A stretch of 64,000 nucleotides of DNA from Candidatus Micrarchaeota archaeon. GTDB taxonomy: Archaea > Micrarchaeota > Micrarchaeia > Anstonellales > J096. Numbering within the stretch: the stretch's first letter is position 1; every line of letters begins with the position of its first letter. The stretch lies in contig WAMF01000001.1 in assembly GCA_015522475.1 (NCBI GenBank), positions 36,054 to 100,053 of the forward strand. Direction: 5' to 3'. The notes beneath the pieces are model-generated. The model ran no database searches, was not told where the DNA came from, and saw only the letters and a program-made list of their open reading frames with translations. A program made the position numbers and the translations under genes. This document shows, in pieces, positions 57,229 to 64,000 of the stretch.

Positions 57229-58623
57229 TTAAAAAATGATTGTCTTTGTCTTAGTCATCTCAAGAAGGCTTCTCTTTACACCTTCTCGTCCCATACCACT
57301 CTTGCCATTGCCGCCGAAGGGGAAAAAGCCTATGCCGTGTGAAGGAGCAGCATTAAGCGTGACAGAACCGTCGGGCAATTGTCTTGCAAGCCTGAATGCA
57401 TAAGTAAAGTCCCTCGTAAAGATAGCGGAGTCGAGGCCATAACCTGAATCTCGTGCTATAGTTAAGATGTCCTTTTCTGTAAAGTACTCCTGGACAGTAA
57501 CAACGGGCCCGAAAATCTCCTCTTTAGCTATATCCATTCCTTCATTTATATCGACAAGAAGCGTCGGATAATATATGTTGCCGTCACGCTGCCCTCCCAT
57601 GAGAAGCTTAGCGCCTTTCTCAACGGCACCTAAAACGAGTTTGTGCACACGCTCAACAGCTTGCCCGTTTACAAGGGGGCCAATGTTAACCATGGGGTCT
57701 GAAGGATCACCAACTCTATAGCGAGCTATCTCCACTTTTAAAGCATTCACTAGCTCCTGCTTAATCTCCGGATGAACAACAACCTTTGTAATGGCGTCAC
57801 ATCTCTGCCCCGAGAAGGAAAGCGCTCCTTTGGCTATTTCCTTTGCAGCTAGCTGCACATCAGCATCGGGCAAAACAAAGGCAATACCCTTGCCACCCAA
57901 CTCCATTATAAACTTTTTCATGCCTGCCTTCTCGGCAACGAGCTCGCCCACATGCGTAGAACCTGTGAAGTTTATAAGGTCTATAGCGCTGTGAGTTATA
58001 AGCAAAGCCTTAGCATCACTGTCGACGGCGTTCACTGCAGAAACAGCTCCATCAAAGTGCTTAGCCACGAACTCCATAAGTTTCAACGTCGATAAAGCAG
58101 AGGATGAGCTTGCCTTAACAATAACTGCGTTGCCGGCTGCCAAAGCAGGAGCTACTTTTAAGGCAGTCGCAGCCATGGGATAGTTAAAGGGTACGATGGC
58201 AAGCACCTTACCAACGGGCTCTCTATACACAAAGGCTTGTTTCCCTTCCTTGTCAGGCGAGGCGCTGCCGTCGATGTATTGGCCTTCAAGTAAAAGGCGG
58301 GCCTCTGCAGCAGCGTACCTAAAGCGTGTAGCTGTAGCCCCTACCTCATGAAGGGCCGCCTTGTAAGGCTTGCCAATCTCTGAGACAAGGATTTGAGCCA
58401 AAGCCTCTTTGTTTTCCAAAACTTCATCGGCGATAGCCTCTAAAAGCTCTGCCCTTTTCCATACGGGAAAGGACGGCAACTTGAGCGAAGAGATCGCTGC
58501 ATTCACTTCCTGAGCGCTCGTCTTTGGGGCTTTGCCTATAACTTGCCCATCATAAGGGCTCTTCACTTCCATATAAGCAGAGGCCTCAACGCGCCTTCCA
58601 GCTATGATGTTATGAACGTTCAT
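57229..58623 (-). CDS. gapN: aldehyde dehydrogenase, probably non-phosphorylating GAPDH
   Basis: PFNYP, FTGS, MELGGK, FSGQRC, EEIFGP and FPFGG motifs. Confidence 0.8.
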   Translation of the reverse strand: MNVHNIIAGRRVEASAYMEVKSPYDGQVIGKAPKTSAQEVNAAISSLKLPSFPVWKRAELLEAIADEVLENKEALAQILVSEIGKPYKAALHEVGATATRFRYAAAEARLLLEGQYIDGSASPDKEGKQAFVYREPVGKVLAIVPFNYPMAATALKVAPALAAGNAVIVKASSSSALSTLKLMEFVAKHFDGAVSAVNAVDSDAKALLITHSAIDLINFTGSTHVGELVAEKAGMKKFIMELGGKGIAFVLPDADVQLAAKEIAKGALSFSGQRCDAITKVVVHPEIKQELVNALKVEIARYRVGDPSDPMVNIGPLVNGQAVERVHKLVLGAVEKGAKLLMGGQRDGNIYYPTLLVDINEGMDIAKEEIFGPVVTVQEYFTEKDILTIARDSGYGLDSAIFTRDFTYAFRLARQLPDGSVTLNAAPSHGIGFFPFGGNGKSGMGREGVKRSLLEMTKTKTIIF

Positions 58624-58674
58624 GAAATGGCAGTGGTGCGTTAGATTTATTAATGGTTAAGGTGTGGGTATATC

Positions 58675-59967
58675 ATGGATGACAAACCCTTTTATGGCAT
58701 GACCAATGACATGGTTAGCATTGTTCTCGGTTCATTGCTCGTCATAATTGTAATGTCCGCTTTTGGCGCGTTCAGTTGGGCAGCTCAGCCCAGCATGCCA
58801 TCCTATAGCTTGCCGTATACACTCGACGTGAATTACACAGGCGTGAGTTATCACATAGACTATGCCAACCCTCAAGCAATCTGCCTCCTAAACGGTGTTC
58901 TTTACGTGAGCACAGAAGGAAGCATATATGTGAGGGCTGCCACCAACTATAGGTTAGACGTCGATGGATTCAACCAGTTCGCCCTATGCAACGGCGATAA
59001 GGGGTTAGCCGTATTCTACGTTGCAAGAGAGGGTCTGTTTAAACTTCCTTCAAGAGGCTCATTTGACATATACGGAGCTGAAAGCATTGGCTGTGTGAAT
59101 GACTTAGCAGTCGTAGGCGACAAATACGGCGGCATAACAGAGCTGAATTTAAGCAGAATGCAGGGCATACGCATAGGCGGCGGTTACACAACATTCAAGA
59201 GCATAACTGCAATAGCACCTCTCACGCTCAATGGTACATTTATCGGAGCTGTTTTATACGACGGGAAGCTCGCCATAGTGAACAACGTATTAAAGTTGGT
59301 CGGAAGATGCAACGCCTATAAAGGCAAAGTTTTGTCCATGTATACCGTCGGCACACGCCTTTACACGCTCGAAGAAAATGCTAGCGCAAATAGCACTAAC
59401 ACGGGCAAATCCACATACATCGTGACATATCAGACAAGCAACTTATACGGCACATGCACACCTATAGTGGCGAGAGCAGTCAACGCAACGCAGATGCAGC
59501 GCTGCGGTAACCACACATATTTGTTAGAAGGCAACGAATTCAAAGAAGTGAAGTTTCAGCTTTCGCCTTATGTGGAAGAGAACAAAGAAGAGGCGAGTAG
59601 CGAAGGAAACAGCGGAAATGAAAGCAGTGAGCACGAACAGCTAGCAAATGAGTCAATGAATGGCTCAGTTAACGGCAACGGCTCGCTTAACAACTCTACC
59701 AACAACGCAGTGCAGAACCAGACAAGTCAGAATAACATGAACGGCGAAAGTGCTGAACAGGAAAATGCCTTCAAGAGGAAAGAAGGAAAAAACGGAAAGC
59801 TTATCTTAATAGCAAGCATTATTGCCATTTTGGCCGTCATTATCGTAGCTGTAGTCGCTTGGCTCCTAGGCAAAGAAGAGAAAAGAGAATTAAGGCCTGC
59901 TAGGCGCTATGCCAAGAGAAAGCCAGAAAAGAGAGGGCATCATAAGAAGTATTCTTTCAAAAAATGA
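58675..59967 (+). CDS. membrane-anchored extracellular beta-rich (propeller-like) protein
   Basis: Signal helix, Cys-containing beta-rich domain, Asn/Ser/Glu linker, TM segment and basic tail. Confidence 0.7.
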   Translation: MDDKPFYGMTNDMVSIVLGSLLVIIVMSAFGAFSWAAQPSMPSYSLPYTLDVNYTGVSYHIDYANPQAICLLNGVLYVSTEGSIYVRAATNYRLDVDGFNQFALCNGDKGLAVFYVAREGLFKLPSRGSFDIYGAESIGCVNDLAVVGDKYGGITELNLSRMQGIRIGGGYTTFKSITAIAPLTLNGTFIGAVLYDGKLAIVNNVLKLVGRCNAYKGKVLSMYTVGTRLYTLEENASANSTNTGKSTYIVTYQTSNLYGTCTPIVARAVNATQMQRCGNHTYLLEGNEFKEVKFQLSPYVEENKEEASSEGNSGNESSEHEQLANESMNGSVNGNGSLNNSTNNAVQNQTSQNNMNGESAEQENAFKRKEGKNGKLILIASIIAILAVIIVAVVAWLLGKEEKRELRPARRYAKRKPEKRGHHKKYSFKK

Positions 59968-60107
59968 CACAAAACAGGAGCATAGAGGGACATAGAAACA
60001 ACAAAATAATGACATGGAAGTGCATGGGCTAGCATAGCGTAATAGGAAAGGTGCAAATCATGGCAAGAACGCTTGACAAGGCGCACGAAGGCAAATCTAA
60101 AGGTGAG

Positions 60108-60803
60108 ATGAAAAGCAGTGTTGCCGTCGTATTTTCGGGGGGCAAAGATTCGACACTAGCAGCTTTTCTTCTAGGGCAAAGTGGCTTCTCGCCTGTGCTT
60201 GTGACGTTTCTGCCGAGAGAGAAGCACTCTTACATGCTACATGCAGAAAACCTCCATATAACAAAGTACATCGCTGAGGCTATGGGCTATCCCCACTACA
60301 CTTTTGAGGTTTCTGGAGAAAAGGAAAAAGAAGTCGAAGAGATGGAAGTGGCATTAAGCAAACTTTGCACTCAAGGTTCGTTGAAAAAGACGTGCGTAGG
60401 TATAGGAAGCGGCGCCATAGAAAGCGAATACCAACGGTGGCGCCTAGCAGCCATAGCCGATGAGCTTGGCTTAGCAAGCTACAATCCCTTGTGGAAGCGC
60501 TCATATGAAGCAGAGCTCGCCTATAGAGAGATGGATGTGCGCTTTGCCAAAGTAGCGGCTGAAGGGCTGGGTAAAGAGCTCTTGGGCGAGCCCATAACAA
60601 AGCTACCAAAAGACTTCGTCGGACATAGGCTCTTTGAAGGGGGAGAAGCGGAGACTGTTGTGCTAGACGCGCCCTTCTTCAAGAAACGCATCGATGTCGT
60701 AGAAGCAGAAAAAGTCTGGCACGGCAGTTGGGGCGAGTGGATCATAAAAAAGCTTGAGCTTAAAGAGAAGGATAAAGAGAAAGAATATGGCAAAGAGGTA
60801 TAA
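60108..60803 (+). CDS. dph6: diphthine-ammonia ligase
   Basis: SGGKDS, SYMLH, GAIESEYQ, PLW and EGGEAET.VLDAPFF motifs. Confidence 0.92.
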   Translation: MKSSVAVVFSGGKDSTLAAFLLGQSGFSPVLVTFLPREKHSYMLHAENLHITKYIAEAMGYPHYTFEVSGEKEKEVEEMEVALSKLCTQGSLKKTCVGIGSGAIESEYQRWRLAAIADELGLASYNPLWKRSYEAELAYREMDVRFAKVAAEGLGKELLGEPITKLPKDFVGHRLFEGGEAETVVLDAPFFKKRIDVVEAEKVWHGSWGEWIIKKLELKEKDKEKEYGKEV

Positions 60804-60805
60804 AA

Positions 60806-61318
60806 ATGGATGAGCAGGAAGGGCAGCATTACTTCCATTATCCGCAAGAAGAGATGAGAAGGCTCTACGAGAAGGGAGAATGGGTCAAACTAGAAAAACG
60901 GTTGTCGGAGGCGCTTGGCGAGGGAAACGTGGAAGCTATGATGCTCCTCCTTTTCTTATACAGTGAACAAAGAGATGTGGAAAAAATAAGAGCTCTTGCC
61001 TTGAAAGCAAAGCAACTCGGCTTCAAAAAGTGGAGTGAGGATATAGAACATATGTTAAAGCCACATGATTTGATTGTAGTAGATATATTAAGACCAAGAT
61101 GTAATAGCAACAAGGTGGCTGAAAAAGGATGTGAAGAAAAAATTGTTGCAACTACAAAACAAAGAGGCACCCTATTCGACTACAAACTCTGTATAAGCAA
61201 GCAAAAATGGAAAGTCTCAGTGCCCTCAAACAAGCGACTTAGAAAGCTCGCACTTATTCAGCTCTCGCCACTTGTCAACGAAACACTTTTAAACTTGTTG
61301 AGAGACGTAGATGGTTGA
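60806..61318 (+). CDS. hypothetical protein (TPR-like N-terminus)
   Basis: 170-aa ORF coupled between dph6 and AMP phosphorylase. Confidence 0.5.
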   Translation: MDEQEGQHYFHYPQEEMRRLYEKGEWVKLEKRLSEALGEGNVEAMMLLLFLYSEQRDVEKIRALALKAKQLGFKKWSEDIEHMLKPHDLIVVDILRPRCNSNKVAEKGCEEKIVATTKQRGTLFDYKLCISKQKWKVSVPSNKRLRKLALIQLSPLVNETLLNLLRDVDG

Positions 61319-61326
61319 GGGATAAA

Positions 61327-62910
61327 ATGGTTGATGGACATTATGACAACATAGACATAAGCATAAAGTCCGAAAAGGAAGCAGAGCTTATGGGAAAAGA
61401 AAACGTGGCTTTAGCAAAAAACATGGGTGTGGAAACAGGCCATTATGTAGCAGTAGTAAACAAGAAGGACCTAAAAACCCTCGACGTGTTTATAGGGGAT
61501 AGAGTTAAAATCACAGCTGGTAAGAAATCCATAGTCTGTGTCGTAGATGCAACCGAATGGATGGTCAAGGAAGGCGAAGTAGGCCTTTCAAAGGAAGCAG
61601 CAGATAAATTAGGCATAAAGAAGGATCACCCCATAAAAGTAAAGGTCATGCCAGCCCCCATTCCCGAGAGCGTCGAAGCAATCGTAAAAAAGATTAATGG
61701 CCAAAGTTTAACGAGAAAGGAGATTGGCTCTATAATCAGAGACCTGATGAGTAATGCCTTAACTGAAGCAGAAATTTCAGCATTCCTCGTCGCAGTGGAG
61801 ATAAACAAGCTCAACATGGACGAGACAGTTGCTTTAACAAACGCCATGGTCAACTCAGGAGCAACACTTGACCTCAATCAAAAGTACATTTTAGATAAGC
61901 ACTGTATAGGGGGTGTAGCAGGTAACAGAACAACAATGGTGCTCGTGCCCATTATTGCAGCTGCTGGCGCTTATATACCCAAAACATCATCTAGAGCTAT
62001 AACATCGCCAGCAGGCACTGCAGATACTATGGAAGTACTTGCCAACGTAGAGTTTAGCATGGAAGAGCTCAGAAAAATCGTGACAAAAACACACGGTGCC
62101 GTTGTATGGGGTGGAGGTGTTAACATAGCACCTGCAGACGACAAAATGATACGCATAAGGCGGCCCCTTCATTTAGATCCTCTCGGTGTCATGCTTGCAA
62201 GCATATTGGGCAAGAAAAAGGCCGTGGGAGCGAAATACCTCATAATTGACATACCTATGGGTAGGGGTGCTAAAGTAGAAGACCAAAACGAAGCTAACAG
62301 GCTGGCAAAGGCATTCAAAGAGACCGGAACAAAGTTGGGCATGAATACGCACGTCCTTATAACAGACGGTTCAGAGCCCATAGGCAACGGCATTGGCCCT
62401 GTCTTGGAGGCTAGAGATGTTCTAAGCGTGCTTTCGGGCAAGGGGCCCATAGACTTGAGAGAAAAATCCTTGCTGCTCGCTGGCAAGCTTCTGGAAACAG
62501 CAGGATTGGCAAAAGAAGGTAAGGGTTATGGTGTGGCAAAAAGAATTCTCGACAGTGGCAAAGCCCTCAAAAAGATGCGCGAAATCATAGAAGCACAGGG
62601 TGGCAATCCGAACATCAGAATCAAAGACCTTCAACCTGGCAAGTTCACAGCCGACATAAAAGCAGAGAAGAAAGGTCGCATAGAGCATATAGATAATAAA
62701 AATATTTCACGTATTGCCAGAGCTGCCGGAGCCCCATCTGACAAAGGAGCAGGAATATACCTCTATAGAGTAAGGGGTGATTTAGTTAGGGAAGGAGATA
62801 AAGTTCTAACCATCTATGCAGAAAGTGAAGAAAAGCTCAGCCAAGCACTAAAGGTGGCCAAAGAGTTCCCGCCCTTCCTAATGGAAAAGCTATTTATAGG
62901 CGAGCTTTAA
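61327..62910 (+). CDS. deoA: AMP phosphorylase
   Basis: N-terminal double-psi barrel, DKHCIGGVAGNRTT and KTSSRAITSPAGTAD. Start uncertain (61315, 61327 or 61390). Confidence 0.93.
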   Translation: MVDGHYDNIDISIKSEKEAELMGKENVALAKNMGVETGHYVAVVNKKDLKTLDVFIGDRVKITAGKKSIVCVVDATEWMVKEGEVGLSKEAADKLGIKKDHPIKVKVMPAPIPESVEAIVKKINGQSLTRKEIGSIIRDLMSNALTEAEISAFLVAVEINKLNMDETVALTNAMVNSGATLDLNQKYILDKHCIGGVAGNRTTMVLVPIIAAAGAYIPKTSSRAITSPAGTADTMEVLANVEFSMEELRKIVTKTHGAVVWGGGVNIAPADDKMIRIRRPLHLDPLGVMLASILGKKKAVGAKYLIIDIPMGRGAKVEDQNEANRLAKAFKETGTKLGMNTHVLITDGSEPIGNGIGPVLEARDVLSVLSGKGPIDLREKSLLLAGKLLETAGLAKEGKGYGVAKRILDSGKALKKMREIIEAQGGNPNIRIKDLQPGKFTADIKAEKKGRIEHIDNKNISRIARAAGAPSDKGAGIYLYRVRGDLVREGDKVLTIYAESEEKLSQALKVAKEFPPFLMEKLFIGEL

Positions 62911-62972
62911 ACTTCGCTCCTCTAAAGCCAAAAGCAGCAATCGATGCAGAAATAAGGAGAGTAAGAGAGTAG

Positions 62973-63045
62973 TGCTCCGGCCGGGATTCGAACCCGGGTC
63001 GCTGGCTCGAAAGGCCAGCATCCTTGACCACTAGACGACCGGAGC
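62973..63045 (-). tRNA. tRNA-Glu(TTC)
   Basis: Anticodon arm CTGGC-CTTTCGA-GCCAG; full cloverleaf. Confidence 0.96.
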
Positions 63046-63271
63046 TAAGTGGAGCTCAGAGAGCTTAGCCTTTTTTTAGAGAAGAAAACATTTTAAAGGG
63101 CGCTCTTACACCCCTTTACCCTCTATGCAGCTTTGTCTCATGTGGAATTTCTCTATAAGGTACAAACAGTAAGGAGATACAAGGAAAGAAAAGCACAATA
63201 GAAGGGCACGCACCTATGTTTAAAAGCCTTTCCCATAGAGAATATAACGCCTCTTTAAGCGTGGTGATGTT

Positions 63272-63886
63272 ATGTACAAAATAGTAAAGGCAAGAGAAAA
63301 ATTGCGCGTACCACCAGCCTTCTTTAGGCGAGAGAAAGAAGAAGCCATAAAAGAGGTTGTTGAAAAAGAGTATAGGCAAAAAATTGACAAGAACTATGGG
63401 TATGTACTAAACGTCGTGGATGCAGAGCCCATTGGTAAAGGCATAGTAGCACCCGGCGATCCAAATGTGTACTATGAGACAGAGTACACACTCCTAACGT
63501 TCACAGTAGAACCTAATGAAATTGTTGTCGGCATAGTATGCGACGTTATAGAGTTCGGCGCCTTCGTAAATATCGGTCCATTCGAAGCCCTTCTTCATAT
63601 ATCTCAGATAGGAAGAGAGAAATTTATATTGGATAAAAAAAGCAAAGCCCTCGTCAACAAAGACAGAACGAAGGCACTCAAAAAAGGCGATGTTATATTG
63701 GCTAAGGTCTCATCTGTAAGTTTCAAAGGGACGGTAGCTGACGTAAAGATAGGCCTTACGATGAGAGGACCAGGGCTTGGCAAGTTGGATTGGTTATTAG
63801 GAAAGAGTGAAAAGAAAGCTAAGGCAACAAAGTCGACGGCAAAAGCCAGCTCGAGCAAAGGCAAGAAAGGAGGCAAGAGAAGGTGA
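63272..63886 (+). CDS. rpoE1: RNA polymerase subunit Rpo7/E'
   Basis: RVPP, FGAFVNIGP..ALLHISQI and IGLTMR.PGLGK motifs. Confidence 0.96.
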   Translation: MYKIVKAREKLRVPPAFFRREKEEAIKEVVEKEYRQKIDKNYGYVLNVVDAEPIGKGIVAPGDPNVYYETEYTLLTFTVEPNEIVVGIVCDVIEFGAFVNIGPFEALLHISQIGREKFILDKKSKALVNKDRTKALKKGDVILAKVSSVSFKGTVADVKIGLTMRGPGLGKLDWLLGKSEKKAKATKSTAKASSSKGKKGGKRR

Positions 63887-64000
63887 AGGCTTGTAGACAA
63901 TGTAAGGCCATTGTGAAAAATGCCACAAAATGCCCTATATGTGGAAGCGAGGACCTAACAGAGAAGTGGTACGGCCTCGTAATTGTGCTCAATCCAGAGA
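63883..64000 (+). CDS. spt4: transcription elongation factor Spt4/RpoE'' (partial)
   Basis: Not in the ORF track. GTG at 63883 reads MKACRQCK...CPICGSEDLTEKWYGLVIVLNPE and overlaps the rpoE1 stop. Confidence 0.93.
   Translation, partial: MKACRQCKAIVKNATKCPICGSEDLTEKWYGLVIVLNPE

Noticed and set aside
1-64000. CRISPR array, integrase, transposase or provirus
   Set aside because: No regularly spaced repeats, no att duplications at tRNA 3' ends and no mobile-element ORFs were seen.

Overview
This is a 64-kb chromosomal window from a compact archaeal genome, most likely DPANN (Micrarchaeota-like). That assignment is inferred from a three-unit epsilon2-type tRNA splicing endonuclease, AMP phosphorylase, a VirB2-like pilin and beta-helix paralogs of the kind seen in CPR/DPANN. 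Most genes are housekeeping: rpl18e-rpl13-rps9-rpoN-tRNAPro-rps2, rpl21e-rpoF-DUF655, tbp, rpoE1-spt4, rfcL, gatB, pyrH, dcd, ychF, lhr, sufB, trxB, alba and dph6. There are six tRNAs, two with introns, one of these at position 59/60 in the T-loop. I found no CRISPR array, integrase, transposase or reverse transcriptase. The best candidates for novelty are non-coding: (1) an unidentified ~160-nt multi-hairpin RNA at 19740-19900 with its own BRE/TATA and U-rich terminator, lying between two beta-helix paralogs; (2) a free-standing box C/D RNA at 29984-30050 whose two guides jointly predict tRNA-Trp positions 34 and 39, flanked by imperfect direct repeats; (3) an exact 19-nt copy of the tRNA-Pro intron upstream of tRNA-Leu. 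All calls come from reading the sequence by eye; no searches or folding programs were run.
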